This document shows, one piece after another, positions 30,483-40,488 of a stretch of 57,728 bases of DNA. Below the pieces are notes generated by a model. That model was not told where the DNA came from, ran no database searches, and saw nothing but the letters and a program-made list of their open reading frames with translations. Source of the stretch: a virus (lineage: Duplodnaviria; Caudoviricetes). The stretch is from positions 1 to 57,728 of the IMG/VR virus record IMGVR_UViG_3300025151_004898; one strand, 5' to 3'. A program made the position numbers and the translations under genes. Positions within the stretch are counted from its first letter, which is position 1. Each line of letters opens with the position of its first letter.

Positions 30483-31534
30483 AGATAGCAATTCTAAATG
30501 ACACCCATTTTGGTGCAAGGAATGATTCTTCTATATTCTTAGATCACTTTCTAGACTTTTTTGAAGATCAATTTTTTCCATATTGTGTAAAAAACAATAT
30601 AGATCAGATCTTACATCTTGGCGATTTAATGGATCGTCGGAAATATGTAAATTTCAATACTCTCCGTGAGGTCAGGAAAAGATTCTTTGAGCACCTTGAG
30701 TCTAATAGATTGCACATGCATTGTATTGTGGGTAATCATGATACATTCTATAAAAACACAAACGAGGTTAATTCACTAAAGGAATTATTCACTGGTAAAA
30801 ATGAATACTTTCATTTATATGAGCGACCAACAGCGGTAGAATTTGATGGACTTTGCATTGGACTTGTGCCATGGATGTCTCCGGAGATGCAGGAAGAATG
30901 TACAGAGTTTTTAAAAACTTGTAGTTGTCCGATCATTGGTGGTCATTTTGAATTGAACGGATATGAAATAATGCGCGGCGTTAAGTTCAAACATGGTATG
31001 TCAGATGAGTTATTGCAACGATTTGAAATGGTATTGTCTGGTCACTTTCATAGTAAGAGCACAAAGAAAAATGTGCATTACTTAGGAACCCAATATCAAA
31101 TCACCTTTAGTGACTTGCACGACAAAAAGGGGTTTCATGTTCTCGATACAGAAACTCGCGAATTAGAATTTATAGAGAATAAGCGACGTAAATTCTACCA
31201 CATAGAATATGATGATGAGAATCCGGAGATGTTAGTCAATCTAGATTTCAAACAATATAAGGATTGTTATCTAAAGATCATTATCAAGAACAAAACAAAG
31301 AGAAAATTGTTTGATGCTTTCCTTGATACTCTATACAAGCACAAGGTAGTTGATGTCACTGTTGTGGAAGATATGACTGATTTCACAATCGAGGAGTCTG
31401 ATATTGACATGGCTAAAGATACTCTTACAATCATTAATGATGAAGTTGATTCCGATACCGAGATTAAAGATAAATCAGAAATCAAACAAATTATTCGTGA
31501 CTTGTACATGGAAGGTTTGAGTAGCTGGGAATAG
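30479..31534 (+). CDS. 47: Recombination endonuclease subunit gp47 (Mre11/SbcD-like)
   Basis: DTHFG, LGD..DRRK, GNHD, GHFE, SGHFH. Confidence 0.96.
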   Translation: MKIAILNDTHFGARNDSSIFLDHFLDFFEDQFFPYCVKNNIDQILHLGDLMDRRKYVNFNTLREVRKRFFEHLESNRLHMHCIVGNHDTFYKNTNEVNSLKELFTGKNEYFHLYERPTAVEFDGLCIGLVPWMSPEMQEECTEFLKTCSCPIIGGHFELNGYEIMRGVKFKHGMSDELLQRFEMVLSGHFHSKSTKKNVHYLGTQYQITFSDLHDKKGFHVLDTETRELEFIENKRRKFYHIEYDDENPEMLVNLDFKQYKDCYLKIIIKNKTKRKLFDAFLDTLYKHKVVDVTVVEDMTDFTIEESDIDMAKDTLTIINDEVDSDTEIKDKSEIKQIIRDLYMEGLSSWE

Positions 31535-31535
31535 T

Positions 31536-33251
31536 ATGCTAACATTTGAAACTGTGAGATTTAAAAACTTTGGTTCATTTGGTAATGTGTTTACAGAAAT
31601 AAAAATGAACAAGCATAATACTGTGTTGGTATCAGGAAGGAATGGTCATGGTAAATCATTCGCGCTTCTTGATGCTATTACCTTTGGTCTATTTGGTAAA
31701 CCATTTCGTAAGGTGAATATTCCACAGTTAGTGAATACGGTTAACCAAAAGGATTGTTTGGTTGAGGTTGAATTCTCTACACCCAAACATAAGTACAGAG
31801 TTGTTCGTGGATTGCAACCAAAGGTATTTGAGATCTACAAGGACGGGGATCTTCTTCCACAGAATGCAAAGGCAAAAGATTATCAGCGACTGCTAGAAGA
31901 GCAGATTCTGAGAATGAACTATAAGTCGTTCACTCAGATTGTTATTCTAGGATCTTCGTCCTTTGTCCCATTCATGCAGCTTACTCCTGCGGATCGTAGG
32001 GAAGTTATTGAGGATATTCTTGATATCAAGATCTTTAGTGTGATGAATGGATTACTGAAGTCAAAGGTGTCTGAACTCAAAGAGAATTTGAATATTATTC
32101 AGAATAAAATTGATATTGCAAATGAGAAAATAACTCTTCAAGAGAGTCATGTTGATACGCTTGAGATGAAGAGTCAGGAACGAATCGATAAAAATAGGAA
32201 CAAAATAGAATCTTTGATTGAAGAAGGAAAATCTACACAGAATAGTATAACGAAGATAACAGATCATATTGACATTCTTCAAAGTAAACTTCCACAAAAA
32301 GAGCAGTTTATGGTTAGTTTAAAGAATGTTGAAAAAACTGAAAGTACACTTGAAGGTGATCTGAAACGTTTGCGTAAGGATATTGCTTTCTATACTTCTA
32401 ACACAAGCTGTCCTTCTTGTAGACAGGATATTGATGAGGATTTTAGACAAAGTATCCTTAATCAACGAGCAACAGAAAAGATAAATCTGGAGGAGCGGTT
32501 AGAGGGTGTTGGAGTGCTCATACGGGATACTCTCGACAAGATAAATTCTATTCAAGATGTGGAGACTGACATTCAAAAGCAGGAGAAGAGAATCATTGAA
32601 CTAGAAAGTACGATGAAATCTTTGTATTCTCAGATTCAGTATATCGAGCAAGAGATAAATGATCTAGAAACGAATAGAGGTAATATTGATGATGAGAAAT
32701 TAAAGCTACAGGAATTCTTACATAATAAAGAGGAATCTTTGGCTGAGAAGGAACAAGTTCTTAATCAGAAATATAATTATGACATCGTTCATGATCTACT
32801 GAAGGATGCAGGAATCAAGTCGAAGATTATTAAGTATTATCTTCCTATCATGAATAAGTTGATCAATAAGTATCTTTCCTCAATGAACTTCTTTGCAAAC
32901 TTTACTCTCGATGAAGAATTCAATGAGACGATTAAAAGTAGGCATAGAGACACGTTTAGTTACATGAGTTTTAGTGAGGGTGAAAAACTACGAATCGATC
33001 TTGCTTTAATTCTATCGTGGAGAGAGATTGCAAAGATTAAGAACAGTGCAAACTGCAACCTACTTATTTTAGACGAAGTGTTTGACTCCTCCCTTGACTC
33101 CATGGGTACTGATGATCTTATGAAACTACTAGAGGATCTTTCTATAAATACTAATATATTTGTTATTAGTCACAAGTCAGATCAGTTAGCAGATAAGTTT
33201 TCGAACTATCTGGTTTTTGAAAAGAAAAATAATTTTAGTAGAATAAAGTAA
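31536..33251 (+). CDS. 46: Recombination ATPase subunit gp46 (Rad50/SbcC-like)
   Basis: GRNGHGKS, CPSC zinc hook, SFSEGEK signature, ILDEVFD, ISH. Confidence 0.97.
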   Translation: MLTFETVRFKNFGSFGNVFTEIKMNKHNTVLVSGRNGHGKSFALLDAITFGLFGKPFRKVNIPQLVNTVNQKDCLVEVEFSTPKHKYRVVRGLQPKVFEIYKDGDLLPQNAKAKDYQRLLEEQILRMNYKSFTQIVILGSSSFVPFMQLTPADRREVIEDILDIKIFSVMNGLLKSKVSELKENLNIIQNKIDIANEKITLQESHVDTLEMKSQERIDKNRNKIESLIEEGKSTQNSITKITDHIDILQSKLPQKEQFMVSLKNVEKTESTLEGDLKRLRKDIAFYTSNTSCPSCRQDIDEDFRQSILNQRATEKINLEERLEGVGVLIRDTLDKINSIQDVETDIQKQEKRIIELESTMKSLYSQIQYIEQEINDLETNRGNIDDEKLKLQEFLHNKEESLAEKEQVLNQKYNYDIVHDLLKDAGIKSKIIKYYLPIMNKLINKYLSSMNFFANFTLDEEFNETIKSRHRDTFSYMSFSEGEKLRIDLALILSWREIAKIKNSANCNLLILDEVFDSSLDSMGTDDLMKLLEDLSINTNIFVISHKSDQLADKFSNYLVFEKKNNFSRIK

Positions 33252-34000
33252 TGCCAAGTCTTTTTGATTATGATCTGGGCGATTGGAAAGATCCATACCC
33301 CCCACCTGTGATGGAGGAGCACGAAGAATTTATCATTGTTCGTGATGATTTTCTTGATGGTGGATCAAAGATGCGTTTTGCAGATTATTTAATACACAAT
33401 GAAACGGAGATAGAAGAATGGGTATATGGGAGTTCTCCCGCAACTGGGTACGCACAGATTTCTCTTTCGTGCTTATGCCGCAAATATGGTAAGAAGTCAG
33501 TAATTTTTATGGCTGATCGTGCGAAGGATAAATTACATGAATATCAGTTGCGTGCTATAGATAGTGGAGCTACAATGAAATGGGTTCCAAATGGTATGCT
33601 GTCAGTGACAGAGAAAAGAGCAAGAGATTATGTGCAAGAAGATCCTATCAAGCGTAGATTACTTCCTATTGGTTTTGATCATCCTAGTGTTATCGCTTCC
33701 GTTACTAGGGTTGCTCGCAATATGGATGTCTCCCCAACCGAAGTATGGACAGTTGGATCTTCCGGAACCCTCACTAGAGGATTACAGCAAGCATGGCCAG
33801 ATGCATCGTTCCATTGTGTTTCTGTTGGACACAAGGGAGACTACGGAAGAGCAAAAGTCTACAGATGCGAAATCCCCTTCAACAGAGAAACAAAAGTAAA
33901 ACCTCCCTTTCCCTCTGCACCAACGTATGATGCAAAGGCGTGGGAATTCATGAAAGAACATGCTTCACCCGGAGCATTATTTTGGAACGTAGGAGCTTAG
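33251..34000 (+). CDS. PLP-dependent enzyme, fold type II (Trp synthase beta / ACC deaminase-like)
   Basis: VRDD....GGSKMR (PLP lysine), VGSSGT phosphate loop, YDAKAW and LFWNVG. Confidence 0.75.
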   Translation: MPSLFDYDLGDWKDPYPPPVMEEHEEFIIVRDDFLDGGSKMRFADYLIHNETEIEEWVYGSSPATGYAQISLSCLCRKYGKKSVIFMADRAKDKLHEYQLRAIDSGATMKWVPNGMLSVTEKRARDYVQEDPIKRRLLPIGFDHPSVIASVTRVARNMDVSPTEVWTVGSSGTLTRGLQQAWPDASFHCVSVGHKGDYGRAKVYRCEIPFNRETKVKPPFPSAPTYDAKAWEFMKEHASPGALFWNVGA

Positions 34001-34003
34001 GAA

Positions 34004-35065
34004 ATGTATAAACTCGATTATGTGTGGTTAGATGGATACGATGTAAAAAACATGCGAATGAAGACTCGTTATTTTAATGGGTATGAATTGGACATGTCAG
34101 ATCTTCCTGTGTGGGGGTTTGATGGTTCTAGCACTAAACAAGCAGAAGGACATTCTAGTGATTGTGTTCTAGAACCAATTAAGTTATATAAGAATCCACT
34201 AGATCCAATGGGAATGTCTAATATTGTTCTTTGTGAGGTAATGAATCCTGATGGGACTCCTCATGCATCAAACACTCGCGCACAGCTTAGATCAATAATT
34301 GATAATTGTGGTGGGTTAGAAACTGTTGCCAAGGATATGATGTTTGGTATCGAACAGGAATATGTCATTTTTGACAAGAATACGGGTAGACCTAGTGGAT
34401 GGCCATCTAATGGATTTCCCCCACCACAAGGAAGATATTACTGTGGTGTTGGTGGAGATGTCGTAGAGCATCGTGACTTGGTAGATGAACACGCTGAAAT
34501 GTGTAATCGCATTGGTATTCCTGTACAGGGAACTAATGCCGAAGTAATGCTTTCTCAGTGGGAATATCAAGTTGGTCCTTCCAATGTTATTGATGTTTGT
34601 GATCATTTGTGGACGGCAAGATTTATTCTAGAAATGCTCGCAGAGAAGAGGGGTCTTTATATTAAATTTGACCCTAAGCCTGTTGCTGGTGACTGGAACG
34701 GGTCTGGTGCTCATATCAACTTCTCTAGTAAGTTTATGCGGGAAGAAGCTACCATCGATGATATTGATGATATTTGCAGAGAGATCGGTAAGTATGGACA
34801 TGAAATGCTTTCTGTGTATGGTAAGGACAACGACAAGCGGTTGACAGGCAGTCATGAAACTGCTCATATTGAAGACTATACATGGGGAGTTTCTGATAGG
34901 AGTGCTTCTATTCGTATTCCTATGTCAACGGCAAATAAGGGAAGAGGTCATCTAGAAGACAGGCGACCGGCAGCAAATATTGATCCGTATGAGGCTGTCG
35001 GGGTTATTACCAAGTACTTGAATATTATTGAAAAAGAAGTTGCACAACCTTCATTGTTCGTGTAA
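34004..35065 (+). CDS. Glutamine synthetase, type II (GlnII-like)
   Basis: YVWLDG, WGFDGSST, FGIEQEY, QGRYYCGVG, NAEV..SQWEYQVGP, DWNGSGAH, RLTGSHET, LEDRRPAAN.DPY. Confidence 0.95.
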   Translation: MYKLDYVWLDGYDVKNMRMKTRYFNGYELDMSDLPVWGFDGSSTKQAEGHSSDCVLEPIKLYKNPLDPMGMSNIVLCEVMNPDGTPHASNTRAQLRSIIDNCGGLETVAKDMMFGIEQEYVIFDKNTGRPSGWPSNGFPPPQGRYYCGVGGDVVEHRDLVDEHAEMCNRIGIPVQGTNAEVMLSQWEYQVGPSNVIDVCDHLWTARFILEMLAEKRGLYIKFDPKPVAGDWNGSGAHINFSSKFMREEATIDDIDDICREIGKYGHEMLSVYGKDNDKRLTGSHETAHIEDYTWGVSDRSASIRIPMSTANKGRGHLEDRRPAANIDPYEAVGVITKYLNIIEKEVAQPSLFV

Positions 35066-35066
35066 T

Positions 35067-36656
35067 ATGTCTGATATGAAAAAGTTCTACGAACGAAACG
35101 ACCATGTTATCAATAGCGATGTGAATGTCTTGTTCGAAGAGCTATTAGATATGAATCCCCAGAAGTTCGAGGAATGGGTCATCCGTATGCGGAGAGAGAT
35201 AACACGCGCATGGGATGCATACGGATGCCCTCCTCGAACGGGGAAAAACGAAAAAGATATTATAGATTCTTTTAACAGATTGGAATCTTACCCAGTTCAT
35301 CAGTTCACCCATACTGATGAGCTTTCTGACGTTGATAATGATGTTATAATTAATAAGTCTCGTGCCGGTGTAGAGGTGGATCAATGGTTCTCTAATATGT
35401 TTAAAACGAGAATTAATTACAACGAAAAGGATGATGGGTATTCAATATATGACCTGGTCGCAGATTCAGACTATTTATCTCGTGTTGTGCGCGGTGCAAG
35501 TCGCCACCTTCGTCGCGATTCCTTCTATTCTCATGCTCTTTCTGCTATTAAGCACAGTAAAAAGTATTCTATCGTCGATGTTTCTTCGGGTGACGAATGG
35601 ATGGATGCGTATTTTAAAAACCCTGAGTTGTTTAAGGGATATGATTTCATGCTCGAAGAGGTCAAGATCCGAGATGGACTGAACAGTAGTTATTTCCAAC
35701 TTGAGCAGTCCGACATTCTACAGCTAACAGATTACCAAGTAGAGATGTGGAAAGATTTACTTTCCTATAGACATCATTCTACCTTTGATATTGAGAACAT
35801 GTCCAATGAAAAACTCTATGCCATCCGTATTTACAAAAAGGGAAATCGGATATTTCCTTCTGGCTTTAAATGCTTTAGAATTGGTTATATACAGCCTGCT
35901 GTTAATTTTCCTCCAATGACAGCTAAATATCTCTATGAGAGGTTTACTGATGATATCAAGTCACAAGAAACAATTAAAATCTTTGACCCCAGTTCAGGCT
36001 GGGGTGGTAGAATTCTTGGCGCTATGTGCTGTCGGGATGATCGCAATATTCTTTATATTGGTACTGATCCCAATCCTGATAATTTCTACAGTGATCGTAG
36101 CTCTAAGTATGGTGATGTTGCCGATTTTTACAATACTAGAACGTATCGGGGTAATCCCTTCTTCAGTTCTACAAACAATTACGAGATTTATCAGTTAGGT
36201 TCTGAGGAGATTCATAAAAATGAAGATTTTCAAAAACACCGGGGATCGATTGACTTGGTTTTCACTTCACCTCCTTATTTCAATAGAGAGGCGTATAGTG
36301 AAGATGCGAATCAGTCTTACAAAAAGTATGGATCGTCGTATCAATCATGGAGAGACGGATTTCTTCGTCCTACCTTAAAGAATTGTGTTGACTGGTTGCG
36401 TCCTGATCGGTATCTTCTTTGGAACGTAGCAGACATCAAAGTGAAAAATGATTATCTGCCACTAGAAGAAGATTCAAAAAATATTCTTGAAGAGTATGGA
36501 ATGGTATATAAATATACACTGAAAATGGCAATGGAATCCATGCCTGGTCAGAACAGACTTGATGAGAATGGAATTCCTAAGTGTAAGAATTTTTGTAAAG
36601 TTGACGGACGTTATCTCAAATATGAACCTGTGTTTGTTTTTTGGAAACCAAAATGA
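35067..36656 (+). CDS. Amino-DNA methyltransferase (SPPY type, m4C or m6A) with long N-terminal region
   Basis: Motif I FDPSSGWGG and motif IV FTSPPY; start moved to ATG 35067. Confidence 0.8.
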   Translation: MSDMKKFYERNDHVINSDVNVLFEELLDMNPQKFEEWVIRMRREITRAWDAYGCPPRTGKNEKDIIDSFNRLESYPVHQFTHTDELSDVDNDVIINKSRAGVEVDQWFSNMFKTRINYNEKDDGYSIYDLVADSDYLSRVVRGASRHLRRDSFYSHALSAIKHSKKYSIVDVSSGDEWMDAYFKNPELFKGYDFMLEEVKIRDGLNSSYFQLEQSDILQLTDYQVEMWKDLLSYRHHSTFDIENMSNEKLYAIRIYKKGNRIFPSGFKCFRIGYIQPAVNFPPMTAKYLYERFTDDIKSQETIKIFDPSSGWGGRILGAMCCRDDRNILYIGTDPNPDNFYSDRSSKYGDVADFYNTRTYRGNPFFSSTNNYEIYQLGSEEIHKNEDFQKHRGSIDLVFTSPPYFNREAYSEDANQSYKKYGSSYQSWRDGFLRPTLKNCVDWLRPDRYLLWNVADIKVKNDYLPLEEDSKNILEEYGMVYKYTLKMAMESMPGQNRLDENGIPKCKNFCKVDGRYLKYEPVFVFWKPK

Positions 36657-37336
36657 TCTCTGAAACAGCGTGTATTGTGGAAAAGTGGATTGATGAGTAC
36701 ATCCAAGCTCTTCAGTCCAATGATAGTGTAGTAAGAAGAAACGTAAAGGCTCTTATAGCAACCAATCAAGTAAAGCCACGAGAAGCAAAGCAAATTGCAA
36801 ATCATTTTGATGCTTTACTTTCCGAAATTAATGCTGTTCTGGGTAAGGTAGATGATGATCTGGTGGAAGGGTGGTCATACCTTAACACGACTAAACTCAA
36901 AAGGCTACAATCCTATCTAGAAGTGATTGTTAGTGAGTTTACTGCAAAGGGAACAATCAAGAGGCGAAAGCGTAAGATTAAACCAGAGCAAATGATCAAG
37001 AATCTAAAGTATCTCAGCGAGTTTGAAGGTATAGGTTCTAGTGTAGACCCAAAGAATATTATTGGGGCTAAACATGTTTTGTTGTATAATGTAAAGCAGA
37101 AGAAGATTGCATTGTATACGTCTACTTCTGGGATGCAAGTCAAGGGTAGTACCCTTAAGGGATATGATTCTGCTATAATCAAGACATGTGGTCGTAAGGG
37201 ATTTTCGTGGATACAGTCATTGGTTTCCTGTCCTATTGTTAGGGTGGTTAATGAAATAAATAATATTAGTTCTAAAGAGCAGGATTCTACAGGAAGAATT
37301 AACAAAGACACGCTAATATTAAGAGCAGTGAAATGA
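36653..37336 (+). CDS. Hypothetical protein of a type seen in T4-like phages
   Basis: SVDPKNIIGA, VKGSTL, C-terminal TGRINKDTLILR; ATGA overlap start. Confidence 0.7.
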   Translation: MISETACIVEKWIDEYIQALQSNDSVVRRNVKALIATNQVKPREAKQIANHFDALLSEINAVLGKVDDDLVEGWSYLNTTKLKRLQSYLEVIVSEFTAKGTIKRRKRKIKPEQMIKNLKYLSEFEGIGSSVDPKNIIGAKHVLLYNVKQKKIALYTSTSGMQVKGSTLKGYDSAIIKTCGRKGFSWIQSLVSCPIVRVVNEINNISSKEQDSTGRINKDTLILRAVK

Positions 37337-37650
37337 GCAATATCAATATCAGAGGAAATTTTACGTATAGGGGAGATTTTGAGGCTATGCTTCCTAGTGG
37401 CTCTCCTGTAAATTATGCTGTAAATGATTTGGTATTATTTGAAGGTAAATTGTTCATTGCAACGGCATCAATTTCTGGTCACTCTCCTGACACCAGCAGT
37501 GATTGGGTTCCATGGGGTAATTCTAGAATTTCTTTTAGATCCACGATTCCGCCAGAGGCAAAAGTTGGGGATACGTGGGTAAACACAAATACAGGTAGGT
37601 TTTACACATTTTTAAATGATGGTGATACAGAACAATGGGTTGAGTTATAA
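37333..37650 (+). CDS. Small protein with a CBM5/12-like aromatic motif and a GDxW fibre-type motif
   Basis: YAVNDLVLFEGKLFIA...SP...DW; PP...VGDTWVNTNTGRFY...QWVEL. Confidence 0.55.
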   Translation: MSNINIRGNFTYRGDFEAMLPSGSPVNYAVNDLVLFEGKLFIATASISGHSPDTSSDWVPWGNSRISFRSTIPPEAKVGDTWVNTNTGRFYTFLNDGDTEQWVEL

Positions 37651-37832
37651 TGAAAAAAGAAAATAGTAAACGTCAGCAAAGATGGTATAATGAAGAACCA
37701 AAAATAAAAAAAGAGAAGAATGTCAAGAAAAAGAAACGACATTCATCGAAAGAAAATTTACGGGATATTGTACAAGGAAATCTAGATTATGATGAGTATA
37801 TGGAAATGGAAGACTGGAGTGATTCACGGTGA
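37650..37832 (+). CDS. Small hypothetical protein (basic N-terminus, acidic C-terminus)
   Basis: 60-aa ORF coupled to both neighbours. Confidence 0.6.
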   Translation: MKKENSKRQQRWYNEEPKIKKEKNVKKKKRHSSKENLRDIVQGNLDYDEYMEMEDWSDSR

Positions 37833-38500
37833 AATTTAGCAAGAAGACATTTGAAATTCTTAAGAACTTTTCTACAATTAACTCAAATATTTTGGTCAAG
37901 CCTGGAAACAAGTTAGCTACCATAACTGGTGCTAAGAATGTTATGGCTGAAGCCGTGGTGAATGAGGAGTTTGATGTTGAGTTTGGTATTTGGGATCTTT
38001 CCAAGTTTCTTGGAACTATTTCTCTTTTTCAGGATCCAGAATTTGAATTTGAAGATAAGTATGTTCTAATCAAGAGTTCAACTGGATCATGTGTAAAATA
38101 CTATTACTCGGAACCATCGTTGCTGACGGTTCCTCAGAACCGTCTAACTATGCCCGAAACTGTAGTTTCTTTTGGGTTGACGCAGGCAGTCTTTAGTGAA
38201 ATTCAACGCGCTGCAAGCGTTTTGCAACTCCCCGATCTTGCTATTCGTTCAGTGGATGGTGCTATTGTTGCTACGGTTCTTGATATTAACGAACCAACGA
38301 GCAACGATTACGCGATTGTTGTTGGTGTAAACGACACTGGTGCTGAGTTTGATTTTCACTTTAAGATTGAAAACCTAAAGATTGTCCCCGGAGATTATAC
38401 TGTAAATATTACAGATAAGATTGTCAGTGAGTTTGTCAACACTGCTGTTGATGTGACTTATTGGGTTGCACTTGAGTCAACTAGTAACTATAGTGGATAA
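37829..38500 (+). CDS. 45: Sliding clamp gp45
   Basis: ILKNFSTINSNI, FGIWDL..FL, FKIENLK..PGDY, YWVALE; GTG start with GGAG. Confidence 0.96.
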   Translation: MKFSKKTFEILKNFSTINSNILVKPGNKLATITGAKNVMAEAVVNEEFDVEFGIWDLSKFLGTISLFQDPEFEFEDKYVLIKSSTGSCVKYYYSEPSLLTVPQNRLTMPETVVSFGLTQAVFSEIQRAASVLQLPDLAIRSVDGAIVATVLDINEPTSNDYAIVVGVNDTGAEFDFHFKIENLKIVPGDYTVNITDKIVSEFVNTAVDVTYWVALESTSNYSG

Positions 38501-38502
38501 TC

Positions 38503-39435
38503 ATGCAAGGTCTACTCGTAGAAAAGTATCGTCCACGGACGATTGATGATTGTATTCTTCCTATTGCTTTGAAGTCTACCTTCAAGGACATTGTTAAGAC
38601 TGGTGAGTGTCAGAACCTGCTCCTGACGGGGGGAGCGGGGTGTGGTAAGACAAGTGTTGCTCGTGCGCTTTGCAATGAGCTTGGTGCAGATAATATTCTC
38701 ATTAACTGCTCTGAAGATGGAAACATTGACACGCTCCGGACTAAAATTAGAACTTTTGCGAGCACTGTTTCTCTGAGCGGTAACAAGAAAATTGTTATTC
38801 TTGATGAGTTTGATTACAGCAACGCACAGAGTATTCAGCCTGCTCTCCGTGGAGCAATCGAGGAGTTCGCAAACAACTGTCGGTTTATTATTACTTGTAA
38901 TTACAAGAATCGAATTATTTCTCCAATCCATTCTCGGTGTACAAACATTGAGTTTACTATTCCTTCAGAAGAGCGTCCGACTCTTGCTGGGGAGTTTATG
39001 GAGAGGGTTCGTTACATTCTTGACACGGAAAATATTCCATATGAGAGTGCGGTTCTTGCACAGTTGATTACAAAGTATTTTCCTGATTTCCGACGAGTTC
39101 TCAATGAGCTTCAGCGGTATTCGGTAGCTGGCATCATTGATGTTGGTATTCTTTCTCAAGTTGGTCAGGTGCAGGTCAAGGAACTTGCATCCGCCATGAA
39201 GAGTAAGAATTTCACCGAGGCTAGGAAATGGGTGGTTTCTAATCTAGATAACTCCCAGACAGAATTGTTCCGAAAAATATATGATGGATTGCATGACCAT
39301 GTACAGCCTTCGTCTATTCCGCAAGCAATTCTGATCCTAGCCGATTATCAGTACAAGTCTGCCTTTGTTGCAGATCAAGAAATTAATCTTACGGCGTGTA
39401 TCGTCGAACTTATGATGGAGTGTGAATTTAAATGA
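38503..39435 (+). CDS. 44: Clamp loader large subunit gp44
   Basis: VEKYRP, GAGCGKT, ILDEFD, HSRC, FPDFRR. Confidence 0.97.
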   Translation: MQGLLVEKYRPRTIDDCILPIALKSTFKDIVKTGECQNLLLTGGAGCGKTSVARALCNELGADNILINCSEDGNIDTLRTKIRTFASTVSLSGNKKIVILDEFDYSNAQSIQPALRGAIEEFANNCRFIITCNYKNRIISPIHSRCTNIEFTIPSEERPTLAGEFMERVRYILDTENIPYESAVLAQLITKYFPDFRRVLNELQRYSVAGIIDVGILSQVGQVQVKELASAMKSKNFTEARKWVVSNLDNSQTELFRKIYDGLHDHVQPSSIPQAILILADYQYKSAFVADQEINLTACIVELMMECEFK

Positions 39436-39785
39436 CATATAAACCTTTACCGGATAATGTGACAATAAAGAATTCTGGAATTCATGGGTTGGGTCTATTT
39501 ACCACAGTGGATATTCAGAGAGGTCATAATTTTGGTATTTCTCATGTGAGTAGTGTTAGGTTTGAGAATGGATATATTAGAACTCCACTTGGTGGGTTTG
39601 TTAACCATTCAGAAGAACCAAATTGTGAATTCCAAAAAGAGGAATCTGGATTCCCGGCGGTATTTAAGGAGTGTGGTGATTTTCTTTATATGAAAGCAAT
39701 AAAGTTTATTCCTGCAAACACAGAACTGACTACAAAATATTTTATGTACAATATAGAAGATGGGAGCATAACAGTAGATGAGTAA
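39432..39785 (+). CDS. SET-domain protein (putative lysine methyltransferase)
   Basis: SGIHGLGLF, GGFVNHSEEPN, ELTTKY SET signature motifs. Confidence 0.85.
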   Translation: MTYKPLPDNVTIKNSGIHGLGLFTTVDIQRGHNFGISHVSSVRFENGYIRTPLGGFVNHSEEPNCEFQKEESGFPAVFKECGDFLYMKAIKFIPANTELTTKYFMYNIEDGSITVDE

Positions 39786-40071
39786 ATTTAAAGCATATGG
39801 TAATTGGGTGGCACTTAGAACGGTTTTTCGAGAAGAACATGTGAGTGAGGCTGGAATTCTTTATAAGGATGATCTCCCTGAAAACATGATGACATGGAGT
39901 GAAGTTGTTTCTGTTGGTCCTGATGTGAACGAGGACATTCTAGAGGGGGATCATGTATACTGGAAGTATGGAGCAGATCCCGGTTGCTTCTACAAGGACA
40001 ATGAGGAGTCTCTTGACCTTGTACAGGCCCATAATCTACTCGCAGTGAAACGTCCAGATGAAGCTAAGTGA
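39778..40071 (+). CDS. GroES-like co-chaperonin
   Basis: GNWVAL, SEAGIL mobile loop, EVVSVGPDV, GDHV, LLAV; 97 aa. Confidence 0.75.
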   Translation: MSKFKAYGNWVALRTVFREEHVSEAGILYKDDLPENMMTWSEVVSVGPDVNEDILEGDHVYWKYGADPGCFYKDNEESLDLVQAHNLLAVKRPDEAK

Positions 40072-40453
40072 ATATCTAAACGCGATTAATCATACAAAAA
40101 TCGACCTTCTTGACACTGAGGATGAGAGTGTCGAGAAGGGATATACTCCATTTGTAGTTAATCGTTGTCTTTCGTACTTTATCGATACTATTCTGTATGC
40201 CAATGAAATGAACCGTCTACCACATACAGATAAAAAGATGCAGTTTGACTATCTTTTGAAATCTATTAGAAAGAACAAGCGGTATAGTAGGTGGCTTAAG
40301 AGAGAATCTGAAGAAAATCTGGATCTAGTAAAGCAATTTTACAACTATTCTGACTCAAAGGCTCGGGATATTCTTGATATATTGACAGATGATGATATTA
40401 TCTGGATGAAACAGATGCTTGATAATGGGGGTGTGAGTAAGCCAAATAAATAA
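40058..40453 (+). CDS. 62: Clamp loader small subunit gp62
   Basis: YLNAIN, Y.PFVVNRCLS, ANEMN, QFDYL, KRYSRW. Confidence 0.95.
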   Translation: MKLSEYLNAINHTKIDLLDTEDESVEKGYTPFVVNRCLSYFIDTILYANEMNRLPHTDKKMQFDYLLKSIRKNKRYSRWLKRESEENLDLVKQFYNYSDSKARDILDILTDDDIIWMKQMLDNGGVSKPNK

Positions 40454-40488
40454 ATACCTGTGTATGTTATGATATACGGAGTAATTAG

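Noticed and set aside
36507-36514. Exact TATAAATA inside the methyltransferase gene
   Set aside because: Coding (VYKY), AT-rich context, and downstream genes are replication-type; no supporting evidence
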